From assembly GCA_951406725.2 (NCBI GenBank), contig OX597829.1, positions 24,862,001 to 24,926,000 of the forward strand: a DNA stretch of 64,000 nucleotides, written 5' to 3'. The position numbers and the translations under genes are program-made. Positions 48,271 through 60,457 of this stretch are shown one piece after another. Under the pieces are notes generated by a model. That model had not been told where the DNA came from, did not search any database, and saw only the letters and a list, made by a program, of their open reading frames with translations. The stretch's first letter is position 1. Each line of letters opens with the position of its first letter. The stretch comes from Octopus vulgaris (lineage: Eukaryota).

Positions 48271-49448
48271 ATTTCTTTATTATTTATAAGGGCATACATA
48301 GAAGATACAAAAGGAGAGGCCAGGGACAAACAATGGACAGTCTTAGGAGGAAAGGGGTAGTGGTGTTGGGGTTACAAACATGAAAACTGTGATGAAAAAC
48401 GGTATGAGTTTTAAAATGTTAATGAAGTTAAAAGTATATTAATAGAAAATACTGAAATATATATTTTCCAGTTTATTTTCAACCCGCTGACTTGGAACCT
48501 TTGTTTTTTTTCCCCTTTATTCTTGTTCCCCCCCCCCATTTCTTTTAGCAAGAAAAACATTTTCCTCCTCTATTTGACCGGCTACACCAGCACGACCCCA
48601 TTCATACTCAACTTTCTTACCACATTTACCCATCTTTTCCCATACACACTGAGAGGCGGGTACTTTCTCTCCAGACAGATCTTCCTTAAATGGTGGAAGT
48701 TGAACCAACTTACCAACCCATGTCCAGAGATAGAGTGGCCTGCTTCAATTGCTTTTGTATGTGTCCTCCACACTGTCTCTTTCAGTATGGCCCTACACAG
48801 AGAAAGGCTGCCTTCCTTTCCTTAACTATGGGCTCAGTCGAGAGCCGTACTCCTTCCAGCTCCGACATCAGTTGTTCAACATAGGCTCTTAACCCCTTCA
48901 ACTCCCCACTGTGTACGAAGGCATGTGTGACAGTTTCACTGACATGCACACATCTCAGGCATGTGGTGGGGGGTGTTGAAACTGTATCTAGACAACCTCT
49001 CTTAAACTGGTAAGACCGATCGGTAGCACAACCAAGCCAAGGATTTCTGAGAATTATCCAGAGATACCTTGGCCCAAATGTCCTTCTGAATAGGTTGGCC
49101 AGTTGCTCATCATCAAAGTCTAGAGTCTCCATCAGGATGTCATCGGACTTAAACTCTACCAACCCTCTATAGAAATCCACAGCGGTAACTTCACTGCCAG
49201 TATTGCTCGCTCGGGAGAATAGAGTAAGTTATTATCTGCACTCCTTCTGCCATTCTCCTGTCTTAGGTCTCCACTTGATCCATGTACCTAAGTCCCAGAG
49301 GGACTTCAATTGTAGGAAAAGCTGCTTGGCATGCGGTGACCACACCTGCTCACCATCTAGGTAGTGCTAGAGGTGTCTCAGCTTCAACGCATGCTTGCGC
49401 ATCATCAGCCAAGGCATCCCCAGCCCACCCTTTAATGGTTTCTGGCAG
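48271..49448 (-). mobile_element. 5'-truncated L1/Tx1-clade LINE (ORF2 C-terminus plus 3' UTR)
   Basis: Minus-strand CQKPLKGGLGMPWL (L1/Tx1 P..GGLG.P motif), CLRCVHVSETVTHAF (CCHC-type knuckle) and KETVWRT...GKRWVNV, stop at 48582-48584. 3' UTR ends aataaagaaat. Confidence 0.82.
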
Positions 49449-50012
49449 AAGACATATGCCCAAGATGCCACAAGGTGGAACAGAATCCAAAACACCACGT
49501 GGATGGAATTACCACATAACCAGCCTCACACATAAAGACATAATATTAATGAGAGGACACATGATGTGGCTGTGAGAATATCTTTAACCACAGAGAACAG
49601 TCACCTAGGGCCAAGTAGTGATCGCTCCATTCTCTAAACTAACCTGTGCTGCTAGTGTTGGATTAACCTTCATGCAAAATAAGTACATGCTTTGGGAATC
49701 ACATGAAGGAGTGCACCACAGAAATGATAAATAGTTTACAGCGCAAAAGAAATCATTTTAAACTTGCTAAAATAATATTTGAACTGATTTATATGAGTGG
49801 AAATATATTTTTAGTGTTCATAGTGTCATAGTGAGGATCTGATCAAAGACATTGTAATAAATAAAAAAAGAAAAACTTTTTCAAATATAAATAAAGTGAA
49901 AGTGTACAAAAATAAATATTATTTTCCATCAAACTGTTAGTTTTGTTTCGTCTTGAAAAACAAATATTTATTTTATGGTTTATTATTGTTTATATTTTGA
50001 ATTAAATATATA

Positions 50013-50213
50013 CGAGGGAGTGCTAAATAGTTCTTGGCTTGGAGTAAAAGAAAATATAAGAGGATCAGTTAATTATGATTTTATTCAACATATTTCCCTC
50101 AGATTCACATGCTTATTGCAGCAGTCTTTCAGTTTCTTAAGCCGTGTAAAAGAACTCAGAAGGTTGGACCTTCGCGACACCCTTAAAGCCAAGAACTTTT
50201 CAGCACCCGCTCG
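50013..50213. mobile_element. mariner-derived MITE
   Basis: TA|CGAGGGAGTGCTAAATAGTTCTTGGCTT ... AAGCCAAGAACTTTTCAGCACCCGCTCG. Confidence 0.75.
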
Positions 50214-50969
50214 TGTATGTATATATACGGGGACACCAAAATCTTTTAAGTGCTTAGGGCATCTGTGGATCTTAATCTGGCCCTGTATATTGGCTAGGGT
50301 CCTCTCCAATATTCCTCCTTATTATACAGGCATAGATTTATAGGAGACCCATTCGTACAGGCCATGCTTACGCAATCTTACCCAGCTTTCCAAAAGACTT
50401 CTTTTACTTCGCAAATATGACCATCCTCTTCAAGTGGTGCTTGAAATACTTAATGTCAATCACAATGAAAACAATGATGACAATATAGTAGTAGTATTAG
50501 TGGTGTTGTTTTTATTAACAATAATAATTTTTTTTACGTCCGTTTCTCGATAATCAACACGTCGATCATAATTTGACGTAATTCAGCATGTCAGGGATTA
50601 CCAATGTCACCACAGATTCAGCCAATCCCAACTTTTTTTTTCCCCATTTTAGCAAGAAAAGCTTAAGAGCAATGTATTGTGTGTCATGTATTTTTTCAGT
50701 TCAGATTTTTTAGCTAAAATTCCACCCGGGTTGATAAAGGAAATAATAGTTATATAATGAGGTATCTTTAATCGATCGTAATTTCCCAAAATATTTATTG
50801 GACCTAGAGCAATGTTAGAAATGTATATTTGCATCACAAAGAAATAATTATCAATGAGTGTATTAGCGATAAAGAGGAGAGAGAGAGAGAGAGGGGAGGA
50901 CATAGATAGAAAGACGACAGCAAATATCTTTCTGTGAAGTGACCCAGAAAAAACATAGGTGTGGGTGTT

Positions 50970-51105
50970 TTTTCCACGTAATTTCTCACTTTCTGGGAAA
51001 CCCATTTTCCGATATAAATAGAGGCACTTCAAAAATAAATTTTTTTGTGAACTTGCATTTCTTCTTCTATATAAATTAGACAGTTATGTTAGTTTATTTA
51101 GTTTA
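50970..51105 (+). promoter_or_regulatory. Candidate Pol II promoter
   Basis: TATAAATA at 51013-51020, TATATAAA at 51068-51075 and Inr-like TTAGTT downstream, in a CpG-retaining unique region upstream of candidate exons. Confidence 0.3.
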
Positions 51106-51976
51106 GACCTGTTGCTGCTTCACACACTTTATCAGGTGCGATAACATTTCAGATTTATTTTTTGTAAGAGATTATAATTGAATCCCTAGTTTGTTGAATT
51201 TTTCATGCCCACACACACACACACACACACACACGCACGCGCGCGCACACACACACGCCCCCGCGCACACACACACACACACACACACAAACGTACATTA
51301 ACACACAAAAAAGTACGTACATAGTAAAGATATTTTTTTTTCTTTCTGTGTATCTATTCACACACACACACACATATAGGGCACTCTACAATTTATATAA
51401 CTTACGTTCATTATATAACTTCATACGTTATCTTAGATACATACAGATAACACAATCAACAATCATAATTTTTAACAGTACTTTTTCAATGGTATTTATA
51501 TTTATTTTCCAATCTTACACAAATAATTCGATTATGTTCTTTGCTAGGGAAATGATAAAAGAGAATGATTTTAATTCCATAATTCCAGTAGATTACTTAA
51601 ACTTCAGATTATCGATATAAAGAGCCAAATTGATCAAGTGTGGGTTAGAATATGTATAACATACTAAACTAAATACTGGTTTGTACATTAATCCGGTGCT
51701 CTTAATAACCTTAAAATCTTCTATCGAACTTTCAATTACAGCAATTGCAACGAGCAACCAAATATTAAATAAACGGTACATTTTCATACTTATTCCCTGG
51801 TCTCCACCCCCTATTACCAATTTTATAATCACTTTCAATAACGTTAATTTGTATGTTCATGCATTTTTCTTTCTTGGTCGATCCTGTTTTTCTAATGAAT
51901 TTTTATGAAATAATTATATTATTTTGTAATTACATATATATACTTATATGCTTGAATGTGTTTGTATATATTTCAG

Positions 51977-52137
51977 ATATTAATAAAAGGTTTTCTTCGA
52001 GGTACTTCTAAAAGGACACTACTTGCCAATCGATACACTTGTGTTCCAGTGACAACACATTTATACACCCAGTCCATTCTAACTTATATAACATATCAAC
52101 CGGTAAATATGAACGTCTTCGATGGGAAAACTGACAG
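51977..52137 (+). other. Candidate exon of an unidentified gene
   Basis: tttcAG acceptor at 51975-51976 and CAG|GTAAAC donor at 52138. Unique sequence with ATGs at 52109 and 52122. Confidence 0.45.
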
Positions 52138-52404
52138 GTAAACATTGTACTTTTATATACATACATACACACACACTTATACATACATACACACAAACGC
52201 AAGTACAGACAAGCACAAACACACACGCACGCATACGTTTATATGTATTTTAGACCGAGTGTATATTTTGTGCATCTCTGAATATTTTTTAATGTTTATT
52301 TTCATTACACTTTTTTTTATTTCTTCCTGATCATCGACGACTCGATGTTTCGTTAAAAGGAAAAAGCAAACATCTGGTGTATGTGTGTTTTATTTTTTAA
52401 AATT

Positions 52405-52697
52405 CTTTTCCTTGTTTTAATCATTTGACTGCAGCCATGCTGGAGCACTGCCTTTAGTCGAACAAATCGACCGAGGGCTTATTCTTTTTAAGCCTAGTAC
52501 TTATTCTATCGATTTCTTTGCCGAACCTTTAAGTTACGGGGACGTAAATACACCAACATCGGTTGTCAAGCGATGGTGGTGGGGGACAAACACAGACACA
52601 CAAACATATATGTGTATACGACGGACTTCTTTCAATTTCCGTCTACCAAATACACTCACAGGGCTTTGGTCGGCCCCAGGCTGTAGCAGAAGACAAT
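52405..52697 (-). mobile_element. SINE family 1 copy (5'-truncated)
   Basis: Reverse complement of the family tail and body. Confidence 0.8.
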
Positions 52698-53489
52698 ATA
52701 TATATATATATTTGGAGGAAGAAAGCTATGGCCGGTTCACAAAGTTACCCAGGGTATCGCGTTCATAAAGCACTTAACTTCACATACGCCTCGTCAGATC
52801 CTAATGGCTGGTGGATTATATACACACACATGAAGTGTCATTCAAAGGTCGAGAGTTTTCGTACTCGACTCTTCTCAATTTGATAAGTGATGTGTACCAA
52901 ACTTTCGGCTCTTGAGCCACCTTGGAACTGCTGCTGATTTACACACACATACAGATAACACTTATACAACCACGTTAAAAGACCTGAAATCCGAGACCTC
53001 AAGAAACATTTGGATGATACATCCCAAAGCATCTGTGAAATGTATCCTGGAAATATAAATACACACACACACACACCATTGTTGGGTAACAAACCAGAGA
53101 AAAAGTACTCAATACCCAACAGAGGACATTACTTAAGCCTTTTGGTACTGACCAGCCTGAGACTGCCACTGGTTCCATGATGCAAAACTTTCTTGTTTCA
53201 AACTGATCTAAACGAAAAGCCCGTTGAAAGGGTTGGAAGTATCAACGAATGAGCTTTGACAAACAAAAGCGAAACAAATGACTTACCGTTTAACTAAATT
53301 AAACAAGCAATCGGTTTCTTGGATATTTAACTAATTGATTAACAATAAGGAATGGAATTAAACCAGTGCGTGTGTTAATAACATTGGCTTTATGACTCTT
53401 CCTAGACACAATAAACTAAAACTTATATTCACAGAAATACTATGTCTTACTTAACCTGTGGCTAAGCCGGTCCATTAGTCTGTCATTCG

Positions 53490-53543
53490 TATCTATCTAT
53501 CTATCTGCCTGCCTGTCTGTCCGTCCGTCCGTCTATCTATCTA

Positions 53544-53627
<84 letters not shown>

Positions 53628-53637
53628 CCTATTTATC
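53490..53637. repeat. (TCTA)n/(TCTG)n compound microsatellite
   Basis: Direct reading. Confidence 0.95.
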
Positions 53638-53933
53638 TAACACACACAAACACGACCATGCACCCACACACACACACACACACACGTACTAGAAAGAGGA
53701 TTATAAAACTCAGACATGAATATGAGTCTTTTAGTCTTTTACTTGTTTCAGTCATCTGACTGAGACCATGCTAGAGCACTGCCTTTAAGCGTTCTAGTCA
53801 AAGAAATTGACCCTAGGACTTATTCTATTGGTCTCTTATTCTATCAAGAAGTTAAACACACCAACATTGGTTGTCAAGCTACGGTAGGGGTGGTGGTGGG
53901 GGACAAACACAGACAAAGACACACACACACATA

Positions 53934-54781
53934 CAGGGTGTAATGGGTAAATTGTTGCAATTTTATATCTTTAACTTCATGGATGCGCATTGTTTGTTTC
54001 TGATTTTGTCAACTACACAGTAGGGTCAGTTGGGCACTGTCTGTGAGAAAAACAGCACCATGACACAATTCACTCTGCCAGAAATTTGGAAATGACATGC
54101 TGTACTGCTTGGCATTCAAGCCAGATTCTCCAATATGAACATTTCAGAGTGTTTAGGTGTCAATCTAAGGACAGTGCAGAGGATTCAGAAAGAGTTGGAT
54201 AGGTCTAATGGTGATTACAAAGGTATGGCAGCTAGGAAAACTCACTCTAATCATTCTGATGACAAAAGAACTCCTGAATTTGTTGGTGAGATCCAGGCCA
54301 TGATTGACAATGATCCCTCCAAGTCAATGAGGTCCATTGCCAGGGACATGGGAGTGTCTGAGTTTCTTATCAGGCAGGTAGAGCATGAAGATATTCAGTA
54401 TTCCTCATACAAGAGGAGAAAGGGCCAATTTTTATCCCAAGCCATGAAAGGACAAGAGGAAACTGTGCTATGAAGCTTTTGAACAAAATCAAGCATCCCC
54501 TCAAATCGAACATGCTTTGGTTTTCCTCAGATGAGAAAAATTTCTGCCTAGATCAGATAGTGAACACACTGAACAACTGTTGGCTTGCTGTGTCCCCAAA
54601 ACATGTGTGGGGTGCAGTTGAGGCCATGGTTGAAGCCAATGGTGATTTTATTGAATAAATTTACTCTTTAGTATTTCAAGATATTTTTATGTAATTTTGG
54701 TAAATATATCTGTTAAAATGAGATGTCAGTGTTATTTTTATTTTTGCATAATTTAAATGACAATTTATTCACCGCACCCTG
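53934..54781 (+). mobile_element. Internally deleted DD37D (maT-like) transposon with both TIRs, inside an antisense family-1 SINE (about 53728-54890)
   Basis: TA|CAGGGTG..TAAATTGT ... ACAATTTATTCACCGCACCCTG|TA. ORFs 54135-54473 and 54470-54658 (PSKSMRSIARDMGVS, WFSSDEKNF, VEANGDFIE). Confidence 0.88.
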
Positions 54782-54907
54782 TATGTATAGGATGGTCTTT
54801 CAGTTTCCTTCTACTAAATCAACTCACAAGGCTTTAGTTGGCCTAAGGCTACAGTACTATACACGCTTCTTGCCATACAGTCACACCTATATATATTTTA
54901 TATTTGA

Positions 54908-55967
54908 CTAGCTTAAGTTGACCCGGGTGAGGGTGTGGTTGTTACTTTCTGTTGCATCCTTTCTGTTTCTTATTGCCACATTCTCCCTCTTTGTTTCTCT
55001 CTCACTTTCCCACTCTCTTACTCTTCCTTTCTCTCGGACTCTCCCTCGCTTTCTCTTACTCTCTATCTCTCTCTCTCCCATTTATAAAAAAACAAAAGAT
55101 CTTGAGTAGGTTGAGAAAAAAAATATTTTGAAAGATCAATCATAAATATCAGGCAGTGACAACAGAAAGCACACTTGTACATGCCACTATCTGAGCAATT
55201 AAAAATAAGGAAAAAAAGGATTTCTTTGTTAAATTTAGTACTTATTTTGGAAATTTTTTGACGATTGACCATGCAAATGAAAGCTTTAAACACGGGCTAC
55301 ATGCAGCTGTAAATTTCTTTTGGAAAAAATGAAAACTGTAATCAATAAAAAATAAAAGGCAAAAATACATAAAAGTGAGAAATTTTTTCAACTTCAAAAA
55401 TCTTGCCTTAATTTTCAAAATTTCAAACCCATTTTCCGCACTTAAATTACAAATCCACTTCCAATTTACCATGTTTAAAATTTGATTGAAATCGGGCAAA
55501 AGGTATCCAGTCTAGACCCCCAAGTGTCCCCAAAAATCAATAAAATCCCCGTTTTCACAGCAAAGCAACCACTGTAGTGCCCCAAAACGTCTCCCAATCA
55601 ATTTCTCATCTCAAGTTACCACCTCCTATAAAATTTAATCCCCTTCCAGCCCCATTTAGACCCCTTTTTACATAAAAATCCAATTTGTATCAACGTTTGC
55701 CTTCATTTTATAGATTAGATTAGATGCCAATCTTTCCAATCTGGAGGGGCTTAGAACCCCCTTGAATCAATTAAAAATCACTTTTCTCACCATAGCAACC
55801 GCATCATTCCAGATGGCGAGTTTTAACCTACTCAACTCTCTGCCTCATCACGCCTTCTATGCCCGTGTCAATTTTCAGCTTGATCCAACCACTGGTCTAG
55901 CCGCCAAACTCTGACGTAGCAAAATGTGCACACAATTTTGACCCAAAGCCTCTTTTATATATATAGA
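54908..55967 (-). mobile_element. Non-autonomous Helitron (second family)
   Basis: Minus strand begins TCTATATATATAAAAG at 55967 and ends ...cccgggtcaacttaagCTAG|T at 54908. Confidence 0.65.
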
Positions 55968-56719
55968 CTAGTGGGATCCATGAATACTTCACGGAATTAA
56001 TGGTAAACCTATTGGGTTATTCCTTTATCCAAAATACCTGATAGCATAGCCAGTGTTGAGTGTGTATGAAAAGATAGTCACTCATCTGCTACTCATTGAA
56101 ACGTGAAAGAAATTGGAATACAATGATTACTTAATGCATTTTATATATTTTAGGCACAATTTTATAGACCTAATACACAGCACTCATAAAATAAATATTC
56201 ACTCTTATTTTTCCATTTCCCCCATAAAAAAGAAAAAAAATATCCTGTACAACCTTTAATGAAATTGCATATATCTGCCACATAAATAAGTGTGAATATT
56301 TCATGGAATTGCACTTTCCCTCTCTCCTCTCCCCTCTCTTTCCTCTTTCTCTGCCTTTCTTTAACCTCACCATCAGAACATCACCCCTCTGCTAAAATTA
56401 TATTTTTAACTTTCCTCCTCTACCTTCAACTAACTTTTTTAACAATATAATAAATATTACATTCCCCTACCTCACGTCATGAATGTTTCTTTCTCTCTCT
56501 TTCTGTATCACTTTTCACCTTATCTTTTTTCTTTCTCCTCTCTTTCCCTTCAACTAATCATGCGAAAGTATTACAATTACATTCCCTTTGCCTCACGTTA
56601 TGGACGCTTCTCTCTCCCTCTTTTTCCCTCTCCTTTTCTTTCTCCGCATTTTACTCTAATCATGTGAAATCATTATTAACAGGTGAAGTAACGCAATGAC
56701 AAGCAGGATTATTATAAGG
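55968..56719 (-). mobile_element. Probable further Helitron abutting the previous one
   Basis: Minus-strand 3' end is a CCGTGAAgtaTTCATGG hairpin plus atcccaCTAG. The 5' boundary (a|ccttataataat near 56719) is tentative. Confidence 0.45.
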
Positions 56720-56724
56720 TCAGC

Positions 56725-56843
56725 AGAACTTACTAAGTGACTCAAAGGCTGAGAGATTCATTCATTGGCACTTACAAACTTTTGATATTTGATAAGTGCC
56801 AATGTACAAAACTCTTGGCCTTTGAATCACTTTGTAGCTTCTG
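56725..56843. mobile_element. Small palindromic MITE-like element
   Basis: cagaacttactaagtgactcaaaggctgagag..cattggcactta and taagtgccaatg..ctcttggcctttgaatcactttgtagcttctg form imperfect inverted arms. Confidence 0.6.
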
Positions 56844-57314
56844 TCAATTAAATTACATGTGTTAGTGTGTGCATGAAATGTGTGTGCATATGTGTGTGTA
56901 AATAAGTGAAGGATGGTGACTTACTGGTTAAGTTGTTGTACTCAAGATCCTGAGATTGTGACCTTCATTTCCAGACCAGCTGTGTATTGTGTTCTTGTGC
57001 AGAACACTTCACTTCACTTCACTTCATGTTTCTTCAGCCCATTCAGCTGTAAATGTGTTGGATTGGCATACAAGGATGTGGTGGTGAGCCAGGAAAATCA
57101 CTCAAACAGAAGTCTTTTGAACCACATTTTGTATTTGGTGATCAAAAGGATGAATAATACAATCCATACTGTGATTTCATTGTTCAATCATATTAGAGGT
57201 TGATTGATTGATTGATATATATGTATGCATGTGTATGTATTGATGGGTGTATTCTGGATCAGAATAGGTATTTAACATAGCAGACATCTCAACATTTTTC
57301 AAAAACTTCTTTTG

Positions 57315-57360
<46 letters not shown>

Positions 57361-57949
57361 GTCACTTTTTAAAAAGATTGTGTGATAGTTGTAAGCAAGT
57401 GTCACCTTCATACATGTGATGTTCTTCGTTTCCATTATGCTGATATATGTCTGGAAACAGGTGAGTGTTGGCCACAGGAAGAGCATCTGGTTGTAGAAAG
57501 TCTGTCTCAACAAATTCCATCCAGCCCATGTGAGCATAGAAAAGTGGACCTAAAACAAAGATGATTTTATATATACTTATATACACATGCAGGTATATAC
57601 ATACATACATACATTCACATGCATTAGCATTTACACACACACTCACAGAGCTGCACACACATTATGTATTTGTGTGTATTATTTTTTTTTGAATTACCAT
57701 TTTTGTGCTCTCAAAAACAGTATCATACAATTTTAGGGACTACAAACATGGAATCTGCTTTCGCATACATCTTTTGCATTTGTTGTGTAGAATATGAGAA
57801 CTCCACCATCTTAAAATCTAGGAGCTTTAAGATTTTATTTGTTGTGCAGAAAGTGCAATTGGTAAAGTATCTGTCTTACTATCTCACTGGTAATAACATG
57901 AAATAGTCCAATACTTGTTTTTAAAATATTGTTATATGTACACAACTCT

Positions 57950-58006
57950 TTCTTCCACTGAGGAGACTAAGTTATCAATTGAAACACAACACAATGTCTA
58001 GAGGAA
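57950..58006 (+). ncRNA. Degenerate type I hammerhead ribozyme motif (Penelope-type)
   Basis: ttcttcca-CTGAGGA(57958-57964)-gact..aatt-GAAAC(57981)A..T-GTC(57996-57998)-tagaggaa. Stems I and II each have one mismatch. Confidence 0.55.
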
Positions 58007-58867
58007 CTGATATTTAATTTAATATTGATATTATTGCTTCTTGTTGTATTTTGCATTGTTTCCTTGTTTGTATATTAGACTATTATTACACACACACACG
58101 CGCAGGTAACTTAGTGGTCCAGTAAAGGAGACCAATAGGATAAGTTGTTGTTTGTTCCTTCTCGAGCCATGCCAGGCTCATAGGGCCGGTTTCCTGATTT
58201 CCTTGGCATATAGGTTCCCCACCTGGACGGGACACCAGTCCGTCGCAGGTGAGCTGCAAGATGCAGGAGGAAAGAGTGAGAGAAAGTTGTGGTGAAAGAG
58301 TCAGCAGAAGTTCACCATTACCTTCTGCCAGAGCCGCGTGGAGCTTAGGTGTTTTCGCTCATAAACACACACATCGACTGGTCTGACATTTGAACCCATG
58401 ATTCCTCGACTGCAAGTCCACTGCTCTAACCACTAGGCCATGTACCTCCACAGTAGTATAAGTACCAGCCTTTAAAAAACATCAAGTCCTGGAGCCAATT
58501 CATTTAGCTAAAAATTCTTCAAGGCAGTTTTCACCATGGCCACAATCTAATGATTGAAACAAGTAAAAGATAAAAGACACACACTCATGCATGCACACTT
58601 AAAAACTTTTCATTTCCTTTTTTCCAGATATCGTGGAATTACAATTTTAAGTAATGAAATTGCTTATTCTAATGATCATGACTTTGAGGAGAAATTAGCA
58701 AGTATGTAAAATTCTTCAAATATATTTAAATCTTTAAATTTAAGGCAATTATATTTCTGAAGAAAATCTGAAACATTTCTCACTATTGGCAAACTTTTAT
58801 TCAATATTTTATATATGTATTTTTTATTTATCACATGTAGTATTATATAAGTGGTATGCATCAAGAG

Positions 58868-59298
58868 GTGCTGATCTCTAATTGTAGAGGGGACATGTGG
58901 AAGGGGTTATCTCAAGAAAACATGGGACGAAGTGGTGGGAAAATATCTACAGACATTAGGACTCAAAGAGGGGATTACAGGGGACCGAGACTCTTGGCAG
59001 TTTGCTGTGCTTGAAAAGACATGTCAAGCTAAGTAAAAGTGTGGTTGCTCTTGCAACCAGCTGAGCATCCCTAATATTGCTGGCTTTTAGGTGCTGGTAC
59101 CATGTAAAAGGCACCCATACCAGTACTGTGCAAAAGCACCCAATACACTCTGTAAACAGGTTGGAATTTGGAAGGAAATCTAGCTGTAGAAACCATGCCA
59201 AAACAGACAGGGAACCTGAACAGTCCCTCAGCTTGTCAGCTCCTGTCAAACTGCCCAACCCATGCCAGCATGGAAAATGGACGTTAAATGATGATGAT
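58868..59298 (+). mobile_element. RTE LINE 3' fragment
   Basis: VEGTCGRG..KKTWDEVV, then 3' UTR ending ggacgttaaatgatgatga. Confidence 0.8.
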
Positions 59299-59329
59299 TT
59301 TATCATCAAACAGTGAGAAGGTTATGCCT

Positions 59330-60294
59330 ATTACCCCCTTTTCATACCAACCCTTCTCAAATCATTCTTGGTTCTATAATACAAATTCTCTTTTTAAAGT
59401 GATCTAATTTAAAACCTATCAAAATTTTATGTTAATTCCAAACAGCAGCTTAATAATAACAATGTTACTTCATTAGTTACTTTATTCTTTTCAAAATTAA
59501 CTGAAGAAAAGTTTATGCCTTTCAAAATATTGATAGTAACAAAAGAGTTAACTCTCAGATTTACCCTCAGATAAAAGCAGTTCATGAAAAAGTTTGGGAC
59601 ATTCATTCAGCACCACACTCCTTTCTATAGTATTAATAACTTAGGAACTGAGGAAGGAATCGTGGTACACACCAACATCCCACCTCTAAACTTTCCATCA
59701 TCATCATTATTATCATCGTTAACATCCATCTTCTATGCATGCATGGGTAGGACAGTTGACAGGAGCCAGCCAGGTAGAAGACTACCCCAGTCTACTGTGT
59801 CTGTTTTGGCAGGAGATTTTTATGGTTGGATGGCCTTTACTAACACCAACTACTCTGCAGAGTGGACTGAGAATAAATTTCACTTTACCAATTTTAGTAC
59901 CACTATTCACTGTCTCCATTGCTCTTAAAAGCCACTCAACACTTGTTTCCATGATACTAATTTTCTGTTTGAAGTGATTTAAATTAAAATCTCCCTTCAA
60001 AATTTCATGTTAATATATGTTCCAAACATTGGCTTTTGACAAAGTTATTTTACTAAATTCTTCATTATTTTCAAAATCAATTGAAACAAACGTAGTAGAT
60101 TTGAATGGAATTATGAAAACAAAAGGATTCAAGTGATCTAACTTTAAAATCTTCCACCTAAATTCCATGTTAATTCATATATTCTAAACACTAGCTTAAC
60201 AATAAAGTTATTTTATTAAATTCTTCGTTATTTCAGAATTGATTGAATCAAAGGTAAGGTATTTCAACAGAAATATGGTAACAAAATGGTTAAA
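59330..60294. mobile_element. Cluster of piggyBac-type MITE copies (about 59330-59552 and 59878-60294, the latter with an internal duplication)
   Basis: Reverse-orientation similarity to 2204-2409. Ends gtaacaaaagagttaa and ggtaacaaaatggttaa. Confidence 0.55.
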
Positions 60295-60365
60295 CTTAAT
60301 AAAATTAATAATTTCTTTTTCATTTATATTGCTAATTTAAATTTATTTGTTTTTTAATTTTTTAG

Positions 60366-60457
60366 ACTCACTGATATCATGGAAAGAATCTAGCTATCGA
60401 GCTGCTTGGATTAAAGTCTTTTCTCAACATTCTTCAGTGATACCTATATGTGTAAAG
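60366..60457 (+). other. Candidate 92-nt exon of an unidentified gene
   Basis: Long T-rich tract with AG at 60364-60365, and a consensus AAG|GTAAGT donor at 60458. One frame is open (SLISWKESSYRAAWIKVFSQHSSVIPICVK). Confidence 0.55.
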
